This document shows positions 25,828 to 35,567 of a DNA stretch of 64,000 bases, piece after piece. Below the pieces are notes generated by a model. It searched no databases, had not been told where the DNA came from, and was given only the letters and a program-made list of their open reading frames with translations. The DNA lies in contig QHTB01000151.1 of assembly GCA_003220615.1 (NCBI GenBank), forward strand, positions 67,974-131,973, given 5' to 3'. This DNA comes from Candidatus Rokuibacteriota bacterium (lineage in GTDB: Bacteria; Methylomirabilota; Methylomirabilia; Rokubacteriales; CSP1-6). The position numbers and the translations under genes were made by a program. Every line of letters starts with the position of its first letter. Position 1 is the first letter of the stretch.

Positions 25828-27864
25828 GGGCTCGATCCGATCTTCGCGCCGCGCACGATCGCGGTTCTCGGCGTCTCACGCAATCCGGCCAAGCTCGGCC
25901 ACCGGCTGCTCCAGAACGTGAAGGAATCGGGGTTCCCGGGCACCGTCTATCCGGTGAACCCGTCGGGGGAGGCGATCCTCGGCTTCGCGAGCGTGCCGTC
26001 GATCGACGCGCTGCCCGAAGGCATCGATCTCGCGCTGGTGAGCTTGCCCGCGGCCACCGTGCCCGACGCGATCCGCGTGCTCGCGGCGCGTCGGGCGCGA
26101 GCGGCCGTCGTGCTCTCGTCGGGCTTCGGTGAGGTCGACGACGCAGGGCGTGGCACACAAGCCGCCATGCTCGCGACCGCCCGGGCCGCGGGCCTTCGCC
26201 TCGTGGGGCCCAACTGCATGGGCGTGTACTCGGCGCCGGCCCGGCTCAACGGCACGTACTTCTGGGACCTGCCGCGCGTCGATGGCGGGATCGGGGTCGT
26301 GTCCCAGAGCGGCGCCTACGGCGGCCTCATCATGCGCCACCTCGGATCCCGAGGCCTCGGTGTGTCGCGCTTCCTCTCCATCGGCAACCAGGCCGACATC
26401 GACATTGCCGAGGTGATCGAGTATCTCGCCGACGACACGCACACGACGCTGATCGCGTGCTTCGTGGAGGCGCTGCGCGACGGCCGCCGGTTCGTCGACG
26501 TCGCCATGCGCGCCACCGCGGGGAAGCCCGTCGTCATGCTCAAGGGAGGCCGCTCGGAGGCCGGACGTCGGGCCGCCGGCTCGCACACCGGCTCGCTCGC
26601 CGGGAGCTATGACATGTACCGCCCGGCCTGTCGTCGGGCCGGTGTCGTGCTGGCCGAGGAGACCGAGGAGTTCTTCGATGCGATCGAAACGCTCGTCGTC
26701 GCGGGCTCACGTCGGCCCTCGGCACCGAGCGTCGCCATCATCACCGTGTCGGGCGGCCCGTCGGTCATCGCCGCCGACTGCGCCGAGCGCTCCGGCCTCG
26801 CCGTGCCGGGCCTGCATCCTCGTGTTCAGGCCGTGCTCCGTGGTCTCCTGCCGCCATTCGCCGCCGTGGGGAACCCGATCGATCTCACGCCCCAGGTCGA
26901 GCGCGAGAGGATCGCGCCGGCCGTGAGGCACGTGCTCGACCAGCCGGAGATCGCCGGCGCCGTCGCCGTCAACGTGGGCCTCGACTTTCCAGAGTTCGCC
27001 GACGCGCTCGTGTCTGCGATGGAGGCGACGGGCAAGCCGCTCGTCGCGTTCACGGCCGACACTCCCGACATCACGGCGCGCTTTTCGGCCGCCGGCGTGC
27101 CCGTCATGCCGACTCCGGAGCGGGCCGTGCGCGCGTGGCGCGCGCTGTGGTCGGCACGAGCCGAGGCCAAGGCCCCGGCGGCGACGCCTCCACGCCGGGT
27201 GCCGCCCGACGTCGCACGAGTGCTCGATTCGCATCGTGGCCCGCTGCCGTACGGGCTGGCGCGCCGCGCCCTCGAAGCCTACGGCGTCCGGTTCTGCCGC
27301 GAGGCGACGGTCGCCACGCCCGACGAGGCGGTTGCCGCAGCCGAGCGAATCGGGTATCCGGTCGTGGTCAAGGCGAGCATCGAAAACGTCGTGCACAAGA
27401 CGGAGGCCGGGGCCGTCCGGTTGAGGGTCGCCTCGGCCGATGCGGTCCGCGGCGCCGTGAGGGAGATGGCGGCCCAGACCGGCGCGCGGGAGTTCGTGGT
27501 TCAGCAGCACGTCGGACCAGGCGTCGAGTTGCTGATCGGCGCGCGGCGCGATCCCGTGTTCGGCCCCGTCCTCGCGGTCGGGACGGGAGGCATCCTGGCC
27601 GAGGTCATCGGCGACGTCTCGTTTCGCCTCGCGCCAGTCGATGCCGACGAGGCGTGCGCGATGTTGCGGGAGGGCGCGCGAGAGCGGTTGCTCGCGGGGC
27701 CGCGCGGGCTGCCCGCGTGCGATGCCGGGCCCTTGGCCGAGATCATCGTGGCGGTGAGCGACGTGATGTGTGTCGAGCCCCGCGTGCAGGAGGTCGATGT
27801 GAACCCGGTCATCGCGGCCGGCGCCAGCGCCGTCGCCGTCGACGCCCTCGTCATCGTGGGGTGA
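25822..27864 (+). CDS. ADP-forming acyl-CoA synthetase (CoA-binding plus ATP-grasp; acetate--CoA ligase family)
   Basis: MAGLDPIFAPRTIAVLGVSRNPAKLGHRLLQN...YPVNP...; ...GPNCMGV...; C-terminal ATP-grasp ...YPVVVKA.... An alternative ATG at 25783 lies in the duplicated junction. Confidence 0.85.
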   Translation: MAGLDPIFAPRTIAVLGVSRNPAKLGHRLLQNVKESGFPGTVYPVNPSGEAILGFASVPSIDALPEGIDLALVSLPAATVPDAIRVLAARRARAAVVLSSGFGEVDDAGRGTQAAMLATARAAGLRLVGPNCMGVYSAPARLNGTYFWDLPRVDGGIGVVSQSGAYGGLIMRHLGSRGLGVSRFLSIGNQADIDIAEVIEYLADDTHTTLIACFVEALRDGRRFVDVAMRATAGKPVVMLKGGRSEAGRRAAGSHTGSLAGSYDMYRPACRRAGVVLAEETEEFFDAIETLVVAGSRRPSAPSVAIITVSGGPSVIAADCAERSGLAVPGLHPRVQAVLRGLLPPFAAVGNPIDLTPQVERERIAPAVRHVLDQPEIAGAVAVNVGLDFPEFADALVSAMEATGKPLVAFTADTPDITARFSAAGVPVMPTPERAVRAWRALWSARAEAKAPAATPPRRVPPDVARVLDSHRGPLPYGLARRALEAYGVRFCREATVATPDEAVAAAERIGYPVVVKASIENVVHKTEAGAVRLRVASADAVRGAVREMAAQTGAREFVVQQHVGPGVELLIGARRDPVFGPVLAVGTGGILAEVIGDVSFRLAPVDADEACAMLREGARERLLAGPRGLPACDAGPLAEIIVAVSDVMCVEPRVQEVDVNPVIAAGASAVAVDALVIVG

Positions 27865-27872
27865 CGGCAGGA

Positions 27873-28394
27873 ATGCTGATCGACGACTGGATGCCCGTGT
27901 ACGACGCCGTCGAGCGCCATGAGCGCGCCGTCGCGTCGCCAGGCGCGATGGTCTATGCCGCGCTCTGGCGCACCGACTTCGCGGCGTCGGGGGTGGTGCG
28001 CTGGCTGCTGGCGCTCCGCGGTCTGGGCAAACCGCGCAGTCTCACGCTCGCCTCGCTGACCGAGAGCGGGTTCGTGAAGCTCGGCGATCGGCCTCCGCAC
28101 GAAGTGGTATTGGGTGTCGCCGGAAAGTTCTGGACGCCGTCCGGCGGACGCGTGCGGCTCGACGCCGAGGCCTTCCGTCGCTTCGAGCGGCCCGGCTACG
28201 CCACGGCGGTGTGGAACTTCACCGTGGACGACGCGCCGAGCGGCTCGGTTCGCCTGGCGACCGAAACGAGGATCCGGTGCGTGGACGCTGTCGCGCGCCG
28301 GCGCTTCCGTCCGTACTGGGCGGTGGTGCGCCTGGGCAGCGGCCTGATCCGCATCAGCATGCTCCGCGCGATCGCGCAGGAGGCTTCACGATGA
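27873..28394 (+). CDS. hypothetical protein (possibly SRPBCC/DUF2867-like ligand-binding fold)
   Basis: ATG 27873 in ORF 27135..28394. The 173-aa body is protein-like ([20 protein letters not shown]...[21 protein letters not shown]...). ATGA-coupled to the downstream ACAD. The family assignment is tentative. Confidence 0.5.
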   Translation: MLIDDWMPVYDAVERHERAVASPGAMVYAALWRTDFAASGVVRWLLALRGLGKPRSLTLASLTESGFVKLGDRPPHEVVLGVAGKFWTPSGGRVRLDAEAFRRFERPGYATAVWNFTVDDAPSGSVRLATETRIRCVDAVARRRFRPYWAVVRLGSGLIRISMLRAIAQEASR

Positions 28395-29542
28395 AGCACG
28401 ACGACTTCGCCCTGACCGACGAGCAGCGCATGATCCGCGATCTCGCCCGCAAGGTCGCGCGCGAGAAGATCGTGCGCTGGGCGGCCGAGGTCGACGAGCA
28501 GGAACGCTACCCGACGGAATCCCTCGAGGCGATCAAGGAGGCCGGGCTCTACGGCATCTGGGTGCCCGAGGAGTACGGCGGCTCCGACATGGGCTGTCTC
28601 GCGCTGGCGCTCGTCTGCGAGGAGATCGCGTGGGCGTGCGCGGCCACGGCCACGCAGTATCTCGATCAGCCGCTCGGCGGGCTTCCCATCCTCTACTTCG
28701 GCACGGCGGAGCAGAAGGAGAAGTACCTGCCCCGCCTGGCGAGCGGCGAGCTGCTGGCGGCGTACTCGCTCTCCGAGCCCGAAGCCGGCTCCGACGCGGC
28801 CGGGCTTCGCACGACCGCCGTGCGCCGCGGTGACCACTACGTGCTGAACGGCTCCAAGCAGTGGTGTACCAACGGCGACCACGCCGGCGTCCTCACCGTC
28901 TTCGCCACGGTCGATCGGGCCAAGCGCGCCAAGGGCATCACCGCCTTCCTCATCGAGCCGGACATGCCGGGCTTCGCCGTCGGCAAGAAGGAACGAAAGA
29001 TGGGAATCCGCGGCTCGCCGACGGTGGCGCTCCACTTCACCGACTGCCGCGTACCCGTCGAGCAGCGGCTCGGCGAGGAGGGCGAGGGCTTCACGATCGC
29101 GATGGCGACGCTCGACGTCACCCGGCCGGCCACCGGCTCGATGGCCGTCGGCATCGCCCAGGCCGCGCTCGACGCCGCCGTGGGCTACGCCAAGGAACGC
29201 AAGCAATTCGGCCAGCGCATCGGCGATTTCCAGGGCATCCAGTTCATGCTGGCCGACATGGCCATCCAGGTGCACGCCGCCAGGCTCATGGTGCAGCACG
29301 CTGCACGGCAGGTCGACGGGGGGATCCGCGGCAACAGCTACGAGGCGTCGATGGCCAAGTGCTGGGCCGGCGACGCGGCCATGAAGGTCGCCACCGACGC
29401 CGTGCAGGTCTTCGGCGGCTACGGCTACACGCGCGAGTTCCCGGTCGAGCGCTTCATGCGGGACGCCAAGATCATGCAGATCTACGAGGGCACCAATCAG
29501 ATCCAGCGCCTGATCATCGCGCGGGAGCTGCTCGGTGGCTGA
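28391..29542 (+). CDS. acyl-CoA dehydrogenase (short/butyryl-CoA type)
   Basis: [23 protein letters not shown]..., ...[19 protein letters not shown]...[16 protein letters not shown]..., ...[28 protein letters not shown]... Confidence 0.9.
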   Translation: MKHDDFALTDEQRMIRDLARKVAREKIVRWAAEVDEQERYPTESLEAIKEAGLYGIWVPEEYGGSDMGCLALALVCEEIAWACAATATQYLDQPLGGLPILYFGTAEQKEKYLPRLASGELLAAYSLSEPEAGSDAAGLRTTAVRRGDHYVLNGSKQWCTNGDHAGVLTVFATVDRAKRAKGITAFLIEPDMPGFAVGKKERKMGIRGSPTVALHFTDCRVPVEQRLGEEGEGFTIAMATLDVTRPATGSMAVGIAQAALDAAVGYAKERKQFGQRIGDFQGIQFMLADMAIQVHAARLMVQHAARQVDGGIRGNSYEASMAKCWAGDAAMKVATDAVQVFGGYGYTREFPVERFMRDAKIMQIYEGTNQIQRLIIARELLGG

Positions 29543-30053
29543 GGCGTTGTCCGCGCTCGACGTGGCCGCGCTGTTGCGCGCGTCGGCGGTCCAGATCACC
29601 GCCGAGCTGAGCGCGCTATCCGAAGCCGTCGTGCGGCATCACCCGGCCGCGGGAGAGTGGTGCGCGAAGGAAGTGCTCGGTCATCTGATCGAGGTCGAGC
29701 GCCGCGGTTTCGCCGGGCGCATCCGCACGATCCTCGCCGAAGATCGGCCCAGGTTCGTGGGCTGGGAGCCAGCCGACGTGGCCCGGGAGCGCAAGGACTG
29801 CGAGCGGAACGTGCGTGAGCTCCTCGTCGAGTTCGGCGCGCTGCGCGACGAGAGCGCCAACCTCGTGACGGGACTCCACGCGGCCGATCTGTCTCGGGGT
29901 GGCGATCACCCGAAGGTCGGCTTCCTCACCGTCGGCGATTCGCTGGCCGAGTGGGTGTACCACGACCGCAATCACGTGCGGCAGATCCACGCCAACGTGC
30001 AGTCATACGTCTGGCCGCACATGGGCAACGCGCAGAAGTTCTCTCTGCCGTGA
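29535..30053 (+). CDS. DinB-family protein
   Basis: 172 aa. ...[16 protein letters not shown]... and ...[15 protein letters not shown]... His triad typical of DinB_2-like proteins. Confidence 0.7.
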   Translation: MAEALSALDVAALLRASAVQITAELSALSEAVVRHHPAAGEWCAKEVLGHLIEVERRGFAGRIRTILAEDRPRFVGWEPADVARERKDCERNVRELLVEFGALRDESANLVTGLHAADLSRGGDHPKVGFLTVGDSLAEWVYHDRNHVRQIHANVQSYVWPHMGNAQKFSLP

Positions 30054-31057
30054 TCAAGCTCGGGCTCGGCCTCTCCGTCCAGCATCCGCCCGGCGATTCA
30101 CAGGCCGAGCGCTTCCGGGATCACGTCGAGCAGGTGCGGCTGGCGCGCGCCGTTGGCTTCGATCTGATCTTTGCCAGCCAGCACTACCTCTCGCATCCGT
30201 TCACGTACTTCCAGCCGTTCCCCACGCTGGGCCGGATCGCCGCCGAGGCCGACGGCATGACGATCGGCACCGGAATATTATTGTTGCCGCTCCACCAGCC
30301 TCTCGACGTCGCCGAGCAGGTGGCGACGCTCGACGTGATCTCGGGCGGCCGCTTCATCTTCGGTGTCGGCCTCGGCTACCGCGATGCCGAGACCGAGGCC
30401 ATGAACCTGAACCCGAAGGAGCGCGTGAGCCGCTACGTCGAGGCGCTCGAGGTCGTCGAGCGCCTGTGGTCGGGCGAGCCGGTCACCTACGAGGGCCGAC
30501 ACTTTCGCCTGAAGGACGTGCGCATCTCGCTGCCCACGCTCCAGCGCCCGCGCCCGCCCATCTGGATGGCGGCCAACGGCGACGTCGCCGTCCGCCGCGC
30601 GGCGCGAATGGCCGACGCGTGGTTCATGAATCCGCACTCGACGCTCGCCACCATCGAGCGCCAGCTCGCGCTCTTCCGCGCGGAGCGCGCCATCATCAAG
30701 CGAGCGATGGGCGAGGTGCCGCTGATTCGCGAGTGCTATCTCGCTCCCGACGCCGCCACCGCCTACGCGGAAGCGCAGCCGTACCTGGAGCCGAAGTACG
30801 AGGCGTACCGCTCGTGGGAGCAGGACAAGGCGCTACCGGCCGGGGAGAGCTTCGATCGTTCGTTCGAGGTCCTCGCGCGCGATCGATTCCTGCTCGGCGA
30901 CCCCGCGCGCGTCGCCGATGAGCTGCTGCGGTACCGCGAGCGCCTCGGCATCACGGCGGTCATCGTGCGGGCGCAGTGGCCCGGGCTCCCGCAAGAGCGC
31001 GTGCTGCGCACGATCCGGCTCCTCGGCGAGCGCGTGCGGCCGCGCCTCGGCTTATAA
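30050..31057 (+). CDS. LLM-class (luciferase-like) flavin-dependent oxidoreductase
   Basis: GTGA-coupled GTG. ...GFDLIFASQHY...GTGILLLPLHQPLDVAEQVATLDVISGGRFIFGVGLGYRD.E... Confidence 0.85.
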   Translation: MIKLGLGLSVQHPPGDSQAERFRDHVEQVRLARAVGFDLIFASQHYLSHPFTYFQPFPTLGRIAAEADGMTIGTGILLLPLHQPLDVAEQVATLDVISGGRFIFGVGLGYRDAETEAMNLNPKERVSRYVEALEVVERLWSGEPVTYEGRHFRLKDVRISLPTLQRPRPPIWMAANGDVAVRRAARMADAWFMNPHSTLATIERQLALFRAERAIIKRAMGEVPLIRECYLAPDAATAYAEAQPYLEPKYEAYRSWEQDKALPAGESFDRSFEVLARDRFLLGDPARVADELLRYRERLGITAVIVRAQWPGLPQERVLRTIRLLGERVRPRLGL

Positions 31058-31085
31058 TTTCGCCGACCGAGGCGAAGGAGGCACC

Positions 31086-32336
31086 ATGCATCGCCGGACG
31101 CTGCTGAAGACCACCGTGATGGGCGCCGCCGTCGCCGGCTTTCCGCTGCCCCTGCGCGCTCAGCCCAAAACGATCAAGATCGCGGCCATTCACACCGTGA
31201 CCGGGGCGCTGGCCGAGCCCGGTCAGGCGTGCCGGATGGCGGCGCAGATCGCCGTCGATCACGTCAATGGATCCGGCGGCATCAAGTCGATGGGCGGCGC
31301 CAAGCTCGAGCTGATGCTGGGCGACACGCAGACCAAGCCCGACGTTGCCCGCACCGAGGCCGAGCGCCTCATCAACGCCGGCGCCCAAATTCTCATGGGG
31401 ACGTTCAACTCCGGCGATACCGCGGCGATCGTGCCGGTGGCCCAGCAGCGGCGCGTGCCCTTTCTCGTCGACATCTCGGCGGCCGACCCGATCACGGCGA
31501 ACGTGGCCCGAGCGGTCAAGGAGGGCCAGCAGAAGGTCCAGTACGTGTACCGCAACTTCCCGACGGGCTCGCTCTTCGGGCAGCGCGCGGTGCAGTACTT
31601 CACCGAGATCTTCAAGGAGGCTGGCGTCTCGCCCCGGCGCGTCGTCCTCATGCACTGCAACGACCTCTTCGGCACGAACCAGGCCAAGGGCTTCCAGGCT
31701 GCGCACAAGGCCGCCAACCCGCCGTGGGACATCGTCGAGGTCATTTCGTGGCCGGAGCCGCCGTCGGATCTCTCGACCGAGGTCAGCCGCGCCAAGGCGG
31801 CCAAGCCGGACATCATCGCGCCGATCACGCGGCCGGCCAGCGCGCTGCTCCTCCTGCCCGAGCTGCGCAAGCAGCGCGTGGAAGCGATGGGCATCGTCGG
31901 CCCCGGCAGCCCCGGGCTCTACGAGGCCGGCCAGCTCACCGCGCTGAAGGACGACCTCGAGTACGTGATGACGTCGGTGCCGTGGCCGAACTTCAAGCAT
32001 CCGCAGGCCCAGCGGCTCGCCGAGGAGTACCTCCGGCGCTCGGGCGGCAAGATGCTCGACACCAACTCCGGCTACTCGTACGACGGCATCCACGTGATCG
32101 CCGACGTGCTCGAGCGGGCGAAGTCCACCGACCCCGACGCGGTCGTGGACGCGATCCAGAAGACGAGCTTCAAGGACAACCTCATGATCTCGACGGGGCC
32201 GGTCGTCTTCAACGAGATCGGCGACAACCCCAACGCCGCGCCGGCCATGATCCAGATCCTCAAGCACAAGCCGGTGGCCGTGTGGCCGAAGGACTATGCG
32301 CTGAGCAAGTTCGTCTTCCCGCGACCCAAGGCCTGA
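31086..32336 (+). CDS. ABC transporter substrate-binding protein (LivK-like), Tat-like RR signal
   Basis: MHRRTLLKTTVMGAAVAGFPLPLRAQ signal. ...IKIAAIHTVTGALAEPG...VNGSGGI...GAKLEL..GDTQ.KPD.... GAAGGAGG SD. Confidence 0.85.
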   Translation: MHRRTLLKTTVMGAAVAGFPLPLRAQPKTIKIAAIHTVTGALAEPGQACRMAAQIAVDHVNGSGGIKSMGGAKLELMLGDTQTKPDVARTEAERLINAGAQILMGTFNSGDTAAIVPVAQQRRVPFLVDISAADPITANVARAVKEGQQKVQYVYRNFPTGSLFGQRAVQYFTEIFKEAGVSPRRVVLMHCNDLFGTNQAKGFQAAHKAANPPWDIVEVISWPEPPSDLSTEVSRAKAAKPDIIAPITRPASALLLLPELRKQRVEAMGIVGPGSPGLYEAGQLTALKDDLEYVMTSVPWPNFKHPQAQRLAEEYLRRSGGKMLDTNSGYSYDGIHVIADVLERAKSTDPDAVVDAIQKTSFKDNLMISTGPVVFNEIGDNPNAAPAMIQILKHKPVAVWPKDYALSKFVFPRPKA

Positions 32337-33211
32337 TCCTGGACCCCGTCCTCGTCGTCCAGGCGGTGGTCAGCGGCCTGCTCTTCGGCGGCGTCTACAG
32401 CCTGATGGCGATCGGCCTCACGCTGATCTTCGGCGTGATGCGCGTCGTGAACTTCGCCCACGGCGACCTCATGGTGTGGGCGATGTACCTGGCCTGGCTC
32501 GGCGCCACCCGGTTCGGCGTCGATCCGTACGTCGGATTCGTGGGTGCCGCCGCGATCCTGTTCGTCGCCGGCTTCGTCATCCAGCGCCAGCTCGTCGATC
32601 GCATCGTCGACGCGCCGCACGAGATGCAGATTCTCTTGATGCTGGGCGTCGCGCTCGTGCTCGAGAACACCGCGCTGGTGGCCTTCGGTCCCGAGCCACA
32701 GCGCGTCCGCACGCCGCTCACCCAGGCCGCGGTGTGGCTCGGGCCCGTGTTCCTGGACGTGGGCCGGCTGGTGACGTTCCTGGTGGCCATCGCCCTGACG
32801 GCCGCGCTCTGGCTCTTCCTCTACCGCAGCGATCTCGGCCGCCAGATGCGGGCCGTCGCCGACAACGGCTACGGTGCGCACGTCATCGGGACCGACGTGC
32901 GCCACGTCTCCGCGGTCGCGTTCGCGGTGGGTGCGGCCTGCGTGGGCGCGGCTGGCGCGCTGGTCGCCCCGCTGCTGCCCTTCCAGCCGCCCACCGGCCT
33001 CCAGCTCTCGGTGACGTCCTTCAACATCGTCATCATCGGCGGGATGGGCAGCGTGCTCGGCGCGTTCGTGGGAGGGCTGATCGTCTCGGTCGCGGAGTCG
33101 CTGGGCGCCGTGTTCCTCAACCCGTCGATGAAGGAGCTGGTGAGCTTCGCGCTCCTCGTCGTGATCCTTCTCGTCAGGCCGGCGGGCATCTTCGGCAGGC
33201 GCGCGATCTGA
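32333..33211 (+). CDS. livH: LivH-type ABC permease; start codon uncertain (CTG 32333/32339 or GTG 32366)
   Basis: ...VVSGLLFGGVYSLMAIGLTLIFGVMRVVNFAHGDLMV... There is no in-frame ATG/GTG/TTG at the expected start position beside the SBP stop; the first canonical candidate is GTG 32366, 11 codons into the conserved region. Confidence 0.75.
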   Translation: MILDPVLVVQAVVSGLLFGGVYSLMAIGLTLIFGVMRVVNFAHGDLMVWAMYLAWLGATRFGVDPYVGFVGAAAILFVAGFVIQRQLVDRIVDAPHEMQILLMLGVALVLENTALVAFGPEPQRVRTPLTQAAVWLGPVFLDVGRLVTFLVAIALTAALWLFLYRSDLGRQMRAVADNGYGAHVIGTDVRHVSAVAFAVGAACVGAAGALVAPLLPFQPPTGLQLSVTSFNIVIIGGMGSVLGAFVGGLIVSVAESLGAVFLNPSMKELVSFALLVVILLVRPAGIFGRRAI

Positions 33212-34158
33212 AGTACCTGGCGGCGCTGGCCGTCGTCGTGTTGCTGGCCTTGCCGCTGGTGTTGAGCTCCTACCTGGTCACGGTGTTCGTCCTCATCTTC
33301 TTCTACGCCTACCTCGGTCAGGCCTGGAACATCGTCGGCGGATACGCGGGGCAGCTCTCGGCCGGCCACGCCGCCTTCGTCGGCGTCGGCGCCTACACCG
33401 CGGCCGTCCTGTCGCTCTCCGCCGGCCTCACGCCGTGGGTGGGGATGTTCGTCGGCGGCGCGCTGGCCGCGGTGCTCGGCGCCTTCATCGGCTTTCTCGG
33501 CTTCCGGTTCGGCCTGCGCGGCTTCTACTTCGTGCTGCTCACGGTCGCCTTCGCCGAGATGTGCCGCATCGTCGCCAACAACGTGGAGGCGATCGGCGGG
33601 GCCGTCGGCCTCTACATCACGTTCACCGGCAACCCGCGGCAGTTCCAGTTCCAGGACACGCGCGCCTACTACTACATCGCGCTCGGCTTGATGATTGCGG
33701 CCACGGCCGTGGCCGCGGCCATCGAGCGCCGCCGCTTCGGCGTGTACCTGTCGGCCATCCGCGAGGACGAGGGCGCCGCCGAGGCCGTCGGCGTGCCGAC
33801 GTTTCGCTACAAGATGCTCGCGATGATCGTCTCGTCGTTCCTGACCGGCGTCGGCGGGACGTTCTACGCGTTTTACCTGTTCTCGCTCCAACCCAACACG
33901 GTCTTCGGCATCCCGCTCTCGGTCGAGATCATCATCCGTCCCATCGTCGGCGGCGCCGGCACGCTCTTCGGGCCCGTCGTGGGGTCCTTCATCCTCAGTC
34001 CGCTCGCCGAGCTGACGCGCCTGTACTTCGCGGCGGGGGGCGGCTGGGCCGGCGTCCACCTGATCGTCTACGGCGTTCTCCTCGTCGTCGTCGTGCTCTT
34101 CTTTCCCCAGGGCGCGGTGCCGTGGATGAAGCGTGCGCTCGGGCGAACGCGGGCCTGA
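33208..34158 (+). CDS. livM: LivM-type ABC permease; probable CTG start overlapping the upstream TGA (CTGA)
   Basis: ...YLGQAWNIVGGYAGQLSAGHAAFVGVGAYT... The N-terminus LKYLAALAVVVLLALPLVL aligns residue-for-residue with the livM paralog at 18992. The first canonical codon is GTG 33238. Confidence 0.75.
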   Translation: MKYLAALAVVVLLALPLVLSSYLVTVFVLIFFYAYLGQAWNIVGGYAGQLSAGHAAFVGVGAYTAAVLSLSAGLTPWVGMFVGGALAAVLGAFIGFLGFRFGLRGFYFVLLTVAFAEMCRIVANNVEAIGGAVGLYITFTGNPRQFQFQDTRAYYYIALGLMIAATAVAAAIERRRFGVYLSAIREDEGAAEAVGVPTFRYKMLAMIVSSFLTGVGGTFYAFYLFSLQPNTVFGIPLSVEIIIRPIVGGAGTLFGPVVGSFILSPLAELTRLYFAAGGGWAGVHLIVYGVLLVVVVLFFPQGAVPWMKRALGRTRA

Positions 34159-34162
34159 CGGC

Positions 34163-34876
34163 ATGCTGGATGTCAGCGGCCTCGACAAGAGCTTCGGCGG
34201 GCTTCACGCGGTGAAGAATCTGTCGTTCACCGTGGGCGAGCGCGAGATCGTCGGGCTCATCGGTCCGAACGGCGCCGGAAAGACCACGGTGTTCGGCTTG
34301 CTGTCAGGATTCCTCCGCCCGGACGCCGGCCAGGTGATCTTCCGTGGACGGTCCATCGCGGGCCTGGCGCCCCATCGGGTCAACGCGCTTGGCCTTGCCC
34401 GCACCTTCCAGATCGTTCGGCCCTTCCCCCATCTCACGGTGCTGACGAACGTCACGGTCGGTGCGCTGGGCCGTCACGCCGCCCCGGTGGCGGCGACCGA
34501 GCGAGCGCTCGCCGTGCTGGACGAGGTGGGCCTGGCCGCCAAGCGCGACCAGCCGGCGGCGAGCCTGACGCTGGCCGAGCGCAAGCGGCTCGAGCTGGCG
34601 CGGGCGCTCGCCACGGAGCCGGCCCTCCTGCTGCTGGACGAGGTGATGGCCGGGCTCAATGCGACCGAGACCGAGCGGATCGTCGATCTGGTGGGCGCCA
34701 TCAACCGGCGCGGCGTCGCCGTGCTGCTGATCGAGCACGTGATGCGCGCGGTGATGTCGCTGTCCCAGCGCATCGTCGTCCTGAACTACGGCGAGCTGAT
34801 CGCCGAGGGACGTCCGGAGGCGGTGGCGAACGATCCCCGCGTGATCGAGGCCTATCTTGGCGCTGCTCCGGCTTGA
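34163..34876 (+). CDS. livG: LivG-type ABC ATPase
   Basis: MLDVSGLDKSFGGLHAVKNLSF.V..GEIVGLIGPNGAGKTT; LLLLDEVMAGLN. ORF 34133..34876. Confidence 0.9.
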   Translation: MLDVSGLDKSFGGLHAVKNLSFTVGEREIVGLIGPNGAGKTTVFGLLSGFLRPDAGQVIFRGRSIAGLAPHRVNALGLARTFQIVRPFPHLTVLTNVTVGALGRHAAPVAATERALAVLDEVGLAAKRDQPAASLTLAERKRLELARALATEPALLLLDEVMAGLNATETERIVDLVGAINRRGVAVLLIEHVMRAVMSLSQRIVVLNYGELIAEGRPEAVANDPRVIEAYLGAAPA

Positions 34877-35567
34877 CGACGTCGAGGTGGCCTATGGGGA
34901 CGTGGTCGCGGTGCGCGGCGTGTCGCTGACCGTCAATGCCGGCGAGCTGGTCGCGATCATCGGCTCGAACGGCGCGGGCAAGACCACGACGCTGCGGGCC
35001 ATCAGCGGCCTGCTCACTCCACGGCGCGGGCGAATCGAGCTCGACGGGGTCCGCATCGACGGCCTGACCTCCGCGGACGTGGTGAGCCGGGGGATCGCCC
35101 ACGTCCCGGAGGGCCGCCAGCTCTTTCCGACCATGAGCGTGCTCGAGAACCTGGAGCTGGGGGCCCGCACCCCCGCCGCCCGGGTCGCGCGCGACGAGAC
35201 CTTGAAGTCGGTGTTCGACCTGTTCCCGAGGCTCCGCGAGCGGCGGCGCCAGCTCGCCGGTTCGCTGTCCGGTGGGGAGCAGCAGATGTGCGCCATCGGC
35301 CGTGCCCTGATGGCGCGGCCCAGACTCCTCATGCTGGACGAGCCCAGCCTTGGACTCGCTCCTGTGATGGTTGGGGCAATCTTTGATAATCTGACGCAGA
35401 TCAACCGCGAAGGCACGACGGTCCTACTGGTCGAGCAGAACGTGTTGCGGGCGCTCCGGCTGTCCCACCGGGCGTACGTGCTCGAAAACGGGGCGATCGC
35501 GCTCGAAGGCCCGCGAGACCGGCTGTTGGCCGACGAGGGAATCAAGAGGGCGTATCTTGGGCGGTAA
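34857..35567 (+). CDS. livF: LivF-type ABC ATPase
   Basis: TTG start. GSNGAGKTT, LSGGEQQMCAIGRALM, LMLDEPSLGLAP. Confidence 0.9.
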   Translation: MALLRLDDVEVAYGDVVAVRGVSLTVNAGELVAIIGSNGAGKTTTLRAISGLLTPRRGRIELDGVRIDGLTSADVVSRGIAHVPEGRQLFPTMSVLENLELGARTPAARVARDETLKSVFDLFPRLRERRRQLAGSLSGGEQQMCAIGRALMARPRLLMLDEPSLGLAPVMVGAIFDNLTQINREGTTVLLVEQNVLRALRLSHRAYVLENGAIALEGPRDRLLADEGIKRAYLGR

